Of a stretch of 64,000 nucleotides of DNA, positions 29,624 to 39,917 are shown piece after piece (position 1 is the stretch's first letter; every line of letters starts with the position of its first letter). The notes beneath the pieces are model-generated. The model was given only the letters and a program-made list of their open reading frames with translations, was not told where the DNA came from and did no database searches. A program made the position numbers and the translations under genes. Source of the DNA: an uncultured bacterium (GTDB taxonomy: Bacteria; CSSED10-310; CAZUFC01); the NCBI GenBank assembly GCA_964619725.1, contig CAZUFC010000006.1:32001-96000 (forward strand), given 5' to 3'.

Positions 29624-30221
29624 TTTTGTTTACGTAATCCTTTATATATAATTTTTTGGTGATTCCAAATGCAAGTATAGGACATCCGCCCCCACCGCCT
29701 CCTTCTATTTTTGGAAGCAGTTTACTCATATGAGTGGTAGAAGCTCCATACGATTTTCCTTTTTTCAGTATATTAAAAATTTGCTGTAATTCATCTGATC
29801 GAGTAATAAATACTCCCACACTCACAACATCCAATTGGTGAAGTAATCTAAAATTATTCAAGTCTCTGTCATAAAAAGGGTCTTTGTTGTTCCATTCCAT
29901 TTCAATGGCTATACGGTTTTTAAAGTAGTCGACATTATGAGTGGGCGATTCGTGCGGAACGTCGTCAACCACTACAGACACATCAAATTTTTTTTCGCTC
30001 CAACCCAAGCTCTGAAACATTCCGTTGACATTGACGGCAATAGGAGATTTCCTGCCGCCTGGCCTCAAAATGGAGGAGCTGAGTAATCTGAATCGACGGA
30101 GAACTGAGATAATGTCATTCCATTCTTCAGGAAAATCGTATTTTAAAATGGCGACGGCATGTTTCCACTCGTAAATTTCGTAGCTGGTTCTGATGTCTTG
30201 AGGAACATTTTTTAGTCCCAT
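29616..30221 (-). CDS. BglII/BstYI-family restriction endonuclease-like protein
   Basis: PGGRKS, TH.VD.FK...AIEMEWNNKDPFYDRDLNNFR, YGASTTH; 8-nt overlap with the MTase. Confidence 0.85.
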   Translation of the reverse strand: MGLKNVPQDIRTSYEIYEWKHAVAILKYDFPEEWNDIISVLRRFRLLSSSILRPGGRKSPIAVNVNGMFQSLGWSEKKFDVSVVVDDVPHESPTHNVDYFKNRIAIEMEWNNKDPFYDRDLNNFRLLHQLDVVSVGVFITRSDELQQIFNILKKGKSYGASTTHMSKLLPKIEGGGGGGCPILAFGITKKLYIKDYVNKNE

Positions 30222-30321
30222 TTTCTTGGAATTCGTCCTTTCCAACCAGTTCTTCGGTCATATCGGCAAGGTTCACTGCAAACCGTTTTTATAATACAAT
30301 GAAAGCAGAGGATATTTCAAT

Positions 30322-30349
30322 GGAACTTTTCCGAATCGGTCATGTCTAA
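30322..30349 (+). promoter_or_regulatory. ECF (sigmaE/AlgU-type) promoter
   Basis: GGAACTT-N16-TCTAA upstream of the VIT/VWA gene. Confidence 0.65.
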
Positions 30350-30403
30350 AGTATGTGCGCAATGATTTGGTTTTAACCGTCAATCCCAGGAAGGAGAGTG
30401 ACG

Positions 30404-32581
30404 ATGAAACGGAAGGTTCTGTTTGTTGTTTTCGTGATGTTTTCAGTGATTTTCAGCGGCTGGAGCGGAATGGACCCGGTTATGGCCGACGGATTCATTA
30501 TTATTCCGCCGCCGCATCCCCGTCCTCCGCGACCGGTGACGCCTCTGGCGATTCGTTATCACCGCGTGTCAGTGACGGTTCGGGACCAGGCTGTGGAGGT
30601 GAATATCGATCAATCGTTTTATAATCCTAATCCCATGGAGTTGGAAGGGGAGTATATTTTTCCGTTGCCGCCGGATGCATCGATATCGAAGTTTTCGCTG
30701 TATATTGAGGGAAAAGAGACGGAAGGGGAGTTGCTGGACAAGGAGAAGGCGGCGAGGATATACGAAGAGATCGTACGCCGGATGAAGGACCCGGCCTTAT
30801 TGGAGTATATGGGCCGCAACATGTTCCGGGCAAGGGTTTATCCGCTCCCTGCGCATGGGGAAAGGCGCGTCAAGTTGAGTTACGAGCAGGTTCTGACCCT
30901 GGAGGAGGGTATGCTTGAGCTGGTTTATCCTCTGGACACCGAGCGTTTTTCATCAGAACCGCTTCGGGACGTTTCCGTGCATGTGGACTTGAAGGCTTCT
31001 TCGCCGCTGAAATTGATATATTCGCCGTCCCATGAAATTGACGTGCAGCGAAAAGGTTCAAGCAGGGCAGATGTATCGTATGAAGAGACGAATGTCTTGC
31101 CTGACCGGGACTTCAAACTTATCTGGACCGTGAATCCTGACGATGTGGACATTAATCTGCTGACTCATAAATCGGACGGAGAGGACGGCTGGTATCTTCT
31201 CTTCATCACACCGGCGACCGAACTGGCTGAGGAAAAGGTCATACCGAAGGACATCGTGCTGGTCCTGGACACTTCCGGAAGCATGGCAGGGGAAAAATTG
31301 AACCAGGCGCTGGCGGCATTGAAATTCTGTATTCACAATTTGAATCCCAGGGACCGGTTCGGTCTCATTCGATTCAGCACAGAAGCGGAATTATTCTCCG
31401 ACTCCTTAAGGGAGATGTCGGATGAGAACAAGGAAAAGGCGCTGCAATTCGTGGAATCCATGAAAGCGCGTGGAGGAACCAATATATATGAGGCATTGCA
31501 TTCGGCGGTAGAGCTTTTCGATAATGCTGAACGTCCCAAAATGATATTTTTCCTGACTGACGGACGTCCTACCGTGGGAAAGGTGGAAATAGGGGAGATA
31601 CTGAAAGCGGTGGAATCCGATCTTGAAGGAAAACGCGTATTCACTTTCGGGCTGGGTTTCGACGTAAATACTATCCTGCTCGACAAGCTTGCGGAGGAAT
31701 CCAACGGCGACAACGAGTATGTAACCCCGGACGAGGACATTGAAATAAAAGTCAGTCGCCTTTATTCCAAGGTCAGTTCCCCCGCGCTTTCCGATACGTC
31801 CCTCCACGGACTGGACAGAATCGGCTCGTACGACCGGTATCCCAAAAAATTGCCCGATCTTTTCAAAGGTTCACAGTTAATGGCGGCAGGCCGTTACAAA
31901 AATGGCGGTCACGCTGCGGTCAAACTCCAGGGCAAACTTCAAAATACCGCGACACAATACGTTTATGAAGCCGTTTTCCCGCACAGAAACGAAGATAATT
32001 CCTTTATTCCGCATATCTGGGCCTCCCGGAAAATCGGTTACCTCATGGACCAGATTAGACTGCATGGAGAAAATCAGGAGTTGAAAAACGAAATAGTCAG
32101 ACTCAGTAAAAAATATGGAGTCATGACCCCTTACACCTCTTTCCTGGTCCTGGAAGACGAAAAACGGACAGAGGCTCCTCATCCCGCATTTGAACAAACA
32201 CTTCGCCGCGACAGAGAACTGGACCAGTTGCAGATTTACGGCGCTGCTCCCAAAGCCTCCGGCAAGTTAGCCGTTAAACAGAGTATGGAAGCAGGAAGAA
32301 TGAGACAAGCGAATGTTTCAGCTCCCGGAAGAAAGCAATATGAGGAAACGAAATTTATACCGGAAATCAGGAGCGTTGGTACCCGAACCTTCTACAAATC
32401 GGATGACGGCGTTTGGTATCAGAGCGATTATGAGACGGGAACGGAAACTGAGAAAATAAAATTCAACAGCAACGCATATTTCAAATTGCTGAAAGGCGAG
32501 TCCGAGGTGGGGAAAATCCTGGCCCTGGGCGCCCGAATTATCTTCGAATGGGAAGATCGTTACATCGAAATAATTGAATGA
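30404..32581 (+). CDS. Secreted VIT + von Willebrand A domain protein
   Basis: Signal peptide; LEGEYIFPLP, DPALLE (VIT); DTSGS MIDAS, GGTN, LTDG; TPYTSFLV. Confidence 0.92.
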   Translation: MKRKVLFVVFVMFSVIFSGWSGMDPVMADGFIIIPPPHPRPPRPVTPLAIRYHRVSVTVRDQAVEVNIDQSFYNPNPMELEGEYIFPLPPDASISKFSLYIEGKETEGELLDKEKAARIYEEIVRRMKDPALLEYMGRNMFRARVYPLPAHGERRVKLSYEQVLTLEEGMLELVYPLDTERFSSEPLRDVSVHVDLKASSPLKLIYSPSHEIDVQRKGSSRADVSYEETNVLPDRDFKLIWTVNPDDVDINLLTHKSDGEDGWYLLFITPATELAEEKVIPKDIVLVLDTSGSMAGEKLNQALAALKFCIHNLNPRDRFGLIRFSTEAELFSDSLREMSDENKEKALQFVESMKARGGTNIYEALHSAVELFDNAERPKMIFFLTDGRPTVGKVEIGEILKAVESDLEGKRVFTFGLGFDVNTILLDKLAEESNGDNEYVTPDEDIEIKVSRLYSKVSSPALSDTSLHGLDRIGSYDRYPKKLPDLFKGSQLMAAGRYKNGGHAAVKLQGKLQNTATQYVYEAVFPHRNEDNSFIPHIWASRKIGYLMDQIRLHGENQELKNEIVRLSKKYGVMTPYTSFLVLEDEKRTEAPHPAFEQTLRRDRELDQLQIYGAAPKASGKLAVKQSMEAGRMRQANVSAPGRKQYEETKFIPEIRSVGTRTFYKSDDGVWYQSDYETGTETEKIKFNSNAYFKLLKGESEVGKILALGARIIFEWEDRYIEIIE

Positions 32582-32617
32582 TGTTGCTGCATTGACGGCC
32601 CGCTTGATCTTGCAGCA

Positions 32618-32680
32618 CAAATCCGCCGCCTTTTTTCGGAGTGTGACCCGACGAATCAGGCGGCGGATTTGAACTCTTTT
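32618..32680 (+). terminator. Long GC-rich hairpin after the VIT gene (terminator or REP-like)
   Basis: CAAATCCGCCGCCT / AGGCGGCGGATTTG 14-bp stem, then a CTTTTT tract. Confidence 0.5.
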
Positions 32681-32738
32681 TCGCTTGTTGACTTGTTTGA
32701 ATATTCCTTTTAGAATGGTCTGATGTTTCAGGAGCTAC

Positions 32739-33620
32739 ATGATGCGGATCGAGCGATCGGGAAAAAATATAACCGTAAGGTACAAAAATAAAATTATTCA
32801 GGGAAAATATGAGAAAATCAGCGATTCGATCGGCAGGGTTAGTACGGTCCATGATTCTTTGAATTCTCAACGAAAACGTATTTTCATGATTTTCAAGGGG
32901 AAAAACGGCACGCGTTACCTGACGCATAATAATTTTATTCCCGTCGTCAAAGAAGTAACACATCGCGAGCTAAATAATTCTGAAACAAAGAAAAAAGATT
33001 ATTTCTACGGCGTTCGGATGCTGAGACAGAAATACTTCAATGCGATCCATCCGCATCATGAAGGCCAGAGAGGCGCCTATTCCGCTTATACCGGCGTTTG
33101 CGACGTCGTTCTTGACCATCCTTTTTTTCGCACGCCTGTCCATTCCAAAAAGGAAAGGCTTGTAAAATCCACTCTGGCCCATGAATTTTCCCATAAGTTG
33201 TTTGATGAAGCGACTCCTGAATTTCGTCGCCTGATCAGGCAGAAATTGACTGAGAATGCCGATTTATGGCTTGAAGCGGTAGCAGGATTCATCTATTTCT
33301 GGGGACAAAACATGTTGAAGTCAAAAACCGTGTTCGACCCTTTTTCAAAGACTCCCTGGAGATCGCTGATTCCTCATCTGAAGGATATTAACGACTGCGA
33401 CCGAACGGAGATGTTTTCCGTTGACCTGATAATCGATGAACTGCTCGCAAAAAAAACGGCTTACATCTTCAGGCCTTCTCATGCGTCGGATTTCATGGAC
33501 TACCTGGACATCAAACTGCTTGACCATCATGAAGAGATAACGCAATTCGTGAACAAAGCCATAAGGTTGACCGAAAAATATTTCACTCTTGAGTTTGTCG
33601 TCCCGGAAACCCCGCCCTGA
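32739..33620 (+). CDS. Hypothetical protein with HExxH metallopeptidase-like motif
   Basis: TLAHEFSH and downstream IIDELLA; AGGAG SD. Confidence 0.5.
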   Translation: MMRIERSGKNITVRYKNKIIQGKYEKISDSIGRVSTVHDSLNSQRKRIFMIFKGKNGTRYLTHNNFIPVVKEVTHRELNNSETKKKDYFYGVRMLRQKYFNAIHPHHEGQRGAYSAYTGVCDVVLDHPFFRTPVHSKKERLVKSTLAHEFSHKLFDEATPEFRRLIRQKLTENADLWLEAVAGFIYFWGQNMLKSKTVFDPFSKTPWRSLIPHLKDINDCDRTEMFSVDLIIDELLAKKTAYIFRPSHASDFMDYLDIKLLDHHEEITQFVNKAIRLTEKYFTLEFVVPETPP

Positions 33621-33650
33621 AGATGACTCTGCGGAAAGGTCTTACACTGA

Positions 33651-34181
33651 TTATTCCTGAAATTCAGGCTCGATTTTCAGGGCTAATACCCTGTAACCTG
33701 TTTCCGGGGACGTATCAGCAGGATCAAGAGACTTATCGCCGGGACGAAGAGCATAACCGATAATCACACGATTATTTCCGGCAATTTGAGCGTCGACCGG
33801 CCACCAAATTTCTCCGTCGTCGAATGGGTTTTTCATTTCGCCCTTCGATGAGCCGCCGTTGTGCCTGATGTAAAACTTCCACGTCGCATCGGAATCAGGT
33901 TGAAGTATTATCGAAAACTCGTGTTTTTTGGGATCAAGCCTGTTCATATTATCAGTGGTTCGGTCTCCAACGATACTTTTTTCGCCCTCCTTATAGACCG
34001 CCATATAATATTTCATGCTTTTGACGGGCTTTTCGTATTGTAATGTGAAGGAGAACATTTTCAGGCCCAGAAAGGAAGCCAAATCATTAACCTCCGGGTT
34101 TATCGGCGTCAGTTCCACTGGTTGACCAAAAACGGCGGACGATGTGATGATTACCGCCAACAGAAGGATGATATTTTTCAT
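33651..34181 (-). CDS. Hypothetical secreted protein
   Basis: Signal peptide MKNIILLLAV...AVFG; AAGGAG SD. Confidence 0.65.
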   Translation of the reverse strand: MKNIILLLAVIITSSAVFGQPVELTPINPEVNDLASFLGLKMFSFTLQYEKPVKSMKYYMAVYKEGEKSIVGDRTTDNMNRLDPKKHEFSIILQPDSDATWKFYIRHNGGSSKGEMKNPFDDGEIWWPVDAQIAGNNRVIIGYALRPGDKSLDPADTSPETGYRVLALKIEPEFQE

Positions 34182-34217
34182 TATTACTCCTTTCTTGCGT
34201 AAAGATTAACCGAAAGA

Positions 34218-34250
34218 CAAAAGAAAAACAAAAGAAAAACAAAAGAAAAA
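34218..34250. repeat. 11-bp A-tract repeat x3
   Basis: CAAAAGAAAAA x3 between divergent genes. Confidence 0.85.
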
Positions 34251-34330
34251 GCTCTGTGGACACTTTTATTTTGAATTCAATGATTTCTTGTGTTATAATG
34301 AACAGCTTTGTTGATTTTGGGAGGATTGAA

Positions 34331-35887
34331 ATGAAGTCGAACTGGAAAGAATATTTTAAAATGGTATGCGATTACAACGACATACCGGATGAAAAAGTCG
34401 AAACGCTTTCGAAGGCATCGTTGCTGGACATCCGCAATCCTTTTGGGATTGAGGGGATAGAAGAATTTTTGCAATTGCTGGAGGAATCGCGAGAGAAGAA
34501 GAGCCGTATATTGATTTTCGGAGATTACGATACGGACGGAGTATGTGCGGCATCGATTTTGTATAAAGCGCTCAACAGTGTGCACGGCGGGTATGTTTCA
34601 TATTACAATCCTTTGTATACAGAAGGGTATGGAATACAGAAGAAGCATGTGGAGCGATTTCTGGACGAAGGAATAGACGTGTTTATTACCGTTGACAATG
34701 GAGTTTCTGCGCATGCAGCGTTTGATGCGATATCGAAGGCGGGGAAAAAAGGAGCGGTCATCGATCATCATCTTCGACTTGAGACGCTGCCGCCTGTTTC
34801 AGCAGATGTAATAATCAATCCTTCCGACAGCATTCTATGCGGAGCGCAATTGGCTTACCTGGTCAGCCGGGCGATCAAAAAGCGCTTTTTGAACGTGGAC
34901 GAGCATGACCTTCAGGACCTGACGTTGGCCGGCATAGCAGCCCAGTCGGATTACGTAAAGCTTGATACGCCGGAAACGCGCAGTTGGGTGAAGTGGGCTC
35001 ACTATTATGTGAATTATTCGAACGAGAGTCCGGCAGTGGTAAAGATGATCAAGTCATTAAAAGAAGAGACTTTCGTCACGAGCGACCTGAAGAGTGTCGG
35101 TTCTCTGTTGAATATGGCGAAGCGTCACACTCACGTGGACCCGAAAGTAATCGTAAGCGCAACATTATGCGAAACAGCGGACGATCCGCAATTGAAGGAT
35201 TTAAAATCACTGTTGCAAAAAAGCGAGTGGGTACGAGAAAAGACGGGGTCGCTTTTTGATCGTTTAAGGGAAGAAACGAATGCAGAGAGTGGATTCGTTA
35301 TACATAAATTCGAGACATACTCTGAGTTGGCTGAACCGGAGGGAGAAATAGCGGGCTGGTTGTCGAGTCATTATAAATGTCCGATAATCTTGTTCAGGGA
35401 ACACGGCGATTACATCAATTTGCAGGGGAGGAGTCCTGATTTTTTCAGTTTCAAAAAGTATATAGAAGAGCCGGAAATCAGGGAACTGGCCGTTAGCATA
35501 GGCGGTCATCCGCAGGCGATAGGCGGCACGATTTCTGCCTCCAGGATGGAACAATTTTCCAGAAAAACCCATGAATTAATGAAAAAATTTATCCCTGAAC
35601 CGATAAATTCCAAATCCAACGGCAAGGAACTCCATCTGCGAACGATAACGCCCAAGGAGGCTTTTTATTTATCACGGAAAAGCGCCCCTTTCGGAAATGC
35701 CTTTTTCCAGCCTGAATTCAAATCCACGTTAAAAACGAAGGATTCCCGTTCTTTCATCAACGGCATGAGGGTAATCACCGGTGATGCGGCAGAAGACGGC
35801 GTCTGGGATGTTACTTATAAGTTAGATGAAGAAATCTGCGACGGCGAGCAGATCGGTATAAAGATAACGCAAAAGTCGCCGGCGTAA
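34331..35887 (+). CDS. DHH/DHHA1 phosphoesterase, divergent RecJ-like
   Basis: GDYDTDG, EGYG, ITVDNG, IDHH, GRS, GGHPQAIG, APFG. Confidence 0.8.
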   Translation: MKSNWKEYFKMVCDYNDIPDEKVETLSKASLLDIRNPFGIEGIEEFLQLLEESREKKSRILIFGDYDTDGVCAASILYKALNSVHGGYVSYYNPLYTEGYGIQKKHVERFLDEGIDVFITVDNGVSAHAAFDAISKAGKKGAVIDHHLRLETLPPVSADVIINPSDSILCGAQLAYLVSRAIKKRFLNVDEHDLQDLTLAGIAAQSDYVKLDTPETRSWVKWAHYYVNYSNESPAVVKMIKSLKEETFVTSDLKSVGSLLNMAKRHTHVDPKVIVSATLCETADDPQLKDLKSLLQKSEWVREKTGSLFDRLREETNAESGFVIHKFETYSELAEPEGEIAGWLSSHYKCPIILFREHGDYINLQGRSPDFFSFKKYIEEPEIRELAVSIGGHPQAIGGTISASRMEQFSRKTHELMKKFIPEPINSKSNGKELHLRTITPKEAFYLSRKSAPFGNAFFQPEFKSTLKTKDSRSFINGMRVITGDAAEDGVWDVTYKLDEEICDGEQIGIKITQKSPA

Positions 35888-35974
35888 GTCTATTGCCGAT
35901 TGAGCGTTGAAGTATTGATCAGATAAGCGATTCAGGATTCTTCAATTATGAAGAATATCTTACTGACCGGCTGA

Positions 35975-37825
35975 TCATTTTTTCAGATGTTTATTCAGGA
36001 ACTCAAGCATAACGACGTTTGATTTCAGTCGGTTGTCTTTTTTGGTAAAGCCGTGTCCTTCGTCCGGGAACCAGAGGTATTCGACGTCGAGGCCTTTTTC
36101 TTTGAGTTTGTCGAATATCTGTTCCGATTCTTCATCGACCACCCTGGGATCATTGGCTCCCTGCATGATGAGCAGAGGAGCTTTAATATTATCGATATGG
36201 AAAATTGGAGACCTGTCTTCAAAGAGGTCTTTATGGTCTTGGGGATTGCCCAGGACGGCGTCGACAAAGGGTCGCCAGTTAGGTTGATTTGATTCGTAAA
36301 AGGTGAACAGATTACTGGGTCCGAAAGCGTCAATGCCGCATGCGAACGCATCGGGCGCTTTAGTCAGGCAGGTAAGTGCAGCGAAGCCTCCGTAACTGGC
36401 TCCATACACGGCGACTCTGCCGGGGTCGATCCATCCTTCATCCGCCAGGTATTTAACGCCGTAAAGCATATCCTGAAGATCGCCGCCGCCCCAGTCACGG
36501 TAAATTTTCTTTTGAAATGACTTGCCGAAACCCATGCTGCCCCGGAAATGAGGAACCAGAAAAACATATCCGTTGCGTACGAAAAATTGGAATTCGGATA
36601 TGAACGTATTGAATATCTGAGCTTCCGGACCGCCGTGCGGATATAATATGCAGGGCAGTGAATTGTCTTTTCGAGCTCCTTCGGGCAGATAAACGAAAGC
36701 ATGGATTCGTAATCCGTCGAATGATTCATAATAAACGGATTTCGGTTCCACAAGCTCTTCTTCTCTGACTCCGCCCACAAAGGAAAAAGTGAGCTGTTTG
36801 ATTTCCCTGGTTTTCAGGTCGGCAGTGTATATGTCTCGCGGCCGGGTGGGGCCGGAATATGTAAATGCAACGCGATCACCCGCATGACTGAAGATTAGAG
36901 CGCCGTAGACTCCCTCTTTCCAGTCGAAGGTGACTTCCTCTCCTGTTTTCCTGTCAATGATCACAGGTTTTATGTTTCCGTCATAATTGACCGTATACGC
37001 CATGAACCGCTGATCCCTGGAAAAGGTCAGACTTTCAATTTCATGTTCTATTTCAACGACCCAGGACAATTCGCCCGTATTCAAATCGATTTTCGCAATA
37101 TTCCTGAATTCCCTGTTCTTGTCTGATATGAAGTAAACGAACCGGTCGTCGTCGACGAATACAGCATTGGTGAAAAGCACATCTTCTTCATCGTCGTCGG
37201 AGCCTGTTAAATTTATTTCCTCGCCCGTCTCCAGGTCGAAAAGGAGTATATCCTGGTCCATGTTGTTGAAAAAGTGATGAATCAGCAGTTTTCTGTTATC
37301 CTTTGTAAAACAGGCCGGTCTGTCCGTGCAGATGATGTCTCGCCGGATTATCTTCCTGGTCTCATTCGTCCGGAAATCGTGAATGAAGCAATCGAATAAT
37401 TTCCTGTCGCGGTCATTGTTGGAAAAAGCGAAAAGCTTTCTGTCCTCAGAAAAACAGCCGTAATTGTTCTGAGCTTTCGGGGCATCAGTAATGTTCTTCA
37501 AATCAGTCCCCGATTCGCTGATCAACCAGCATTGCCAGTTTTCGTCTCCGTCATAATCTTTAATAAACATAATCTTATCGTCGAAGGCCCATTTGACGCC
37601 CATTTTGAAGGCGCCGTCGAATGTAACCTGATGAGGCCAGCCGCCGTCGGACGGGACAGTATAAACGTTGTACTGCCGCTCGAAATTGGTGATGAAAGCC
37701 AGGCGCTTATCGTCAAGAGACCAGGTGGGGCTGTAAGTGGCGCGGATGGAAAGATATCTGTGCAAAATATCAGGTATTTGAACCCTGGTTTTGTCGACCG
37801 TGGATTTATCGATTTTCTCGCTCAT
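35975..37825 (-). CDS. S9 family (acylaminoacyl/dipeptidyl) peptidase
   Basis: HGGP, GASYGG nucleophile, ND.RV, DEGHGF; N-terminal propeller. Confidence 0.93.
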   Translation of the reverse strand: MSEKIDKSTVDKTRVQIPDILHRYLSIRATYSPTWSLDDKRLAFITNFERQYNVYTVPSDGGWPHQVTFDGAFKMGVKWAFDDKIMFIKDYDGDENWQCWLISESGTDLKNITDAPKAQNNYGCFSEDRKLFAFSNNDRDRKLFDCFIHDFRTNETRKIIRRDIICTDRPACFTKDNRKLLIHHFFNNMDQDILLFDLETGEEINLTGSDDDEEDVLFTNAVFVDDDRFVYFISDKNREFRNIAKIDLNTGELSWVVEIEHEIESLTFSRDQRFMAYTVNYDGNIKPVIIDRKTGEEVTFDWKEGVYGALIFSHAGDRVAFTYSGPTRPRDIYTADLKTREIKQLTFSFVGGVREEELVEPKSVYYESFDGLRIHAFVYLPEGARKDNSLPCILYPHGGPEAQIFNTFISEFQFFVRNGYVFLVPHFRGSMGFGKSFQKKIYRDWGGGDLQDMLYGVKYLADEGWIDPGRVAVYGASYGGFAALTCLTKAPDAFACGIDAFGPSNLFTFYESNQPNWRPFVDAVLGNPQDHKDLFEDRSPIFHIDNIKAPLLIMQGANDPRVVDEESEQIFDKLKEKGLDVEYLWFPDEGHGFTKKDNRLKSNVVMLEFLNKHLKK

Positions 37826-38154
37826 TTTCTATCCTTTCAATACGGTTGCCGGGACCTCAATCCCTTTTATCGAACATCTGTACCGATGGAATAATCAAAA
37901 ACGGTATGATCCTTCCGATCAGATACCCATCTGCGAATTATCATAAAACCCCGACAAAAGCAATGCGATTGCTAGAGCGACTGAGCCTGTCAAAAATCGA
38001 ATCGAGATTCAAGTATAGGGACAAATCAATCTTGCCCCTATTTCTCATACAAAATAGTAGTGAGAACGTTCAGATTACCCTTCCCATAAGAAAAATCTAT
38101 GGGACGCGACGATAATTTATTTCAAAAGAAACGGATGATCGGGTAACTTTTGCT

Positions 38155-39108
38155 TTAGATGCGATTCCCGATCTTTTTCAGTCGTTCCAGCCTCTCCGGT
38201 TCATTTTCAGAAAGCCATTCGTCCTGGGAGAGGATCAAATAAGCTTTTTTAAAATACCTCATTGCTTCATCCTGACGACCAAGCAGAAGCAGAGACTCAG
38301 CAAGCTCTTCAAACACATAACCGTCGGAAGTAAGTCCATTTTCTTCTATTTCTTTTTCCAGCGCTCTCAGAAGATCAATCGCTTCATTAACGCGACCGGT
38401 CAGCCGGTAAGTGTGAGCGATGGTCCACTGGGCTATTCTTCTGCCTTGATCGTCGTTGATTTTTTTCCGCCACGCCAGTGATTTTTCGAATAATTCCAAT
38501 GCTTCATCGTACTGTTCCATGTCGTGATAAGTCCAGCCGATATTGTTGTACAACGGACCCAGCCATCCCTTGACGCTTTTTTCTTCCGACTTTTCCGCCA
38601 GTTCAAGCGCTTTTAAATTCCATGCGAGCTGTTTTTCAGGAGATTCAGCTATGCCGAGCATGTGAGCGGCATCCACAGCGAAATGATCAAGATCGTTAGA
38701 AACAGCAGTTTCCCAAGCTTCTTCGAACAATGGGACAGCTCGGTCTTTTCGGCCGGAAGAATTGTACACTCTTCCTTTTTCCAGCAAATACCGGATTCTT
38801 GTGGCCGTCGATGCCGATTTCAACAAACTTTTCGCACGGGACAACGTTTCATGAGCTTCCTCGAATTTTCCCTGAAGTCCCTGACTCCTCGCTATTTGCG
38901 TCAACAGTTGTCCGTAATGCGACGGATTGCCGCTGCTTTTCGCCTCCGGCAGCAACTCTTTAAAACGGCTTTCCGTTAATCCCGGATCGTTAAAATTCCA
39001 CATCGCATCGAAATCAATCAGTTTACTTTTTTCTTCGGGCGGACGTTCAGGTACGCTAGCGCAACCTGTCGCACAAATTAAAATTATGCTTGTCAGGAGA
39101 ATCCTCAT
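38155..39108 (-). CDS. TPR-repeat lipoprotein
   Basis: ATGC lipobox; TQIAR.QGLQ, LEKGR..NS, AVDAAHM, LYNNIGW. Confidence 0.8.
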   Translation of the reverse strand: MRILLTSIILICATGCASVPERPPEEKSKLIDFDAMWNFNDPGLTESRFKELLPEAKSSGNPSHYGQLLTQIARSQGLQGKFEEAHETLSRAKSLLKSASTATRIRYLLEKGRVYNSSGRKDRAVPLFEEAWETAVSNDLDHFAVDAAHMLGIAESPEKQLAWNLKALELAEKSEEKSVKGWLGPLYNNIGWTYHDMEQYDEALELFEKSLAWRKKINDDQGRRIAQWTIAHTYRLTGRVNEAIDLLRALEKEIEENGLTSDGYVFEELAESLLLLGRQDEAMRYFKKAYLILSQDEWLSENEPERLERLKKIGNRI

Positions 39109-39302
39109 TTTTCATGCCTTTGTGATTGTTGGTTCAAATTAAATCGCTGAATGTCCGGCAACCTCCATCAAAACGGGACTGATCAATTGATGGTTAAGCT
39201 TTTGCGAATCGCTTCTTCTCTTATACGCAGTCGCGGAATCTTTGCAATTGTTTTCAGAATCCCGCGTCTTTTGATTATCGCCAAAAAATCAAACCTTCAA
39301 AA

Positions 39303-39917
39303 CTAATCTGAATAAGGATAAAAGGGCGCCGGCGCTTCCACTTCCGTATTTTCCATTTTTTCATTGATAATTTCATAGTGAATATGATCTTCCCAATTGC
39401 CGTTTATTTTCAGGTATTTACGTGAGAATCCCGTTTTTTCAAAATTTAATTTTTCCAGCACCCGTATGGAAGGTTTATTGTGCGGCATAACGTTCGCTTC
39501 GACTCTGTGAAGCTTTAAATTGTCGAACATAAATTGAATGCAGCGTCTCAGTCCCTCGGTCGCATATCCCTGATTAATTTCATCCTGGTCGATTTTATAG
39601 CCCAGAAAACAGGACTGAAAAGCTCCCCGAATGATACTGGAAAACCTGATGTCCCCCAGTATTTCATCCTGACCTTTATGAAAGAGCCAAAACCGGACAG
39701 CCTTTCCTTGCCGCATCAAGATTTTATCTTCGCGTATGCGATTGCGCTGAAAACGGAAGGTAAATTCATCCTTTTCGTATTCGGGCTCCCAGGGCTCAAA
39801 AAATTCCCTGTTTCGCCGGACGTAATCGAATACTTCATAGATTTTAGCATCTGTAGTTATGGTCTGTAATAAAAGCCTTTTCGTTTGAAGTCTTACTTCA
39901 ATCGCCACAATGACCAC
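39303..39917 (-). CDS. RimJ/RimL-family N-acetyltransferase
   Basis: RNREFFEPWEP, SCFLGY, LHRVEANVMP.N..S, YLKING.WEDH; start uncertain. Confidence 0.88.
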   Translation of the reverse strand: MVIVAIEVRLQTKRLLLQTITTDAKIYEVFDYVRRNREFFEPWEPEYEKDEFTFRFQRNRIREDKILMRQGKAVRFWLFHKGQDEILGDIRFSSIIRGAFQSCFLGYKIDQDEINQGYATEGLRRCIQFMFDNLKLHRVEANVMPHNKPSIRVLEKLNFEKTGFSRKYLKINGNWEDHIHYEIINEKMENTEVEAPAPFYPYSD

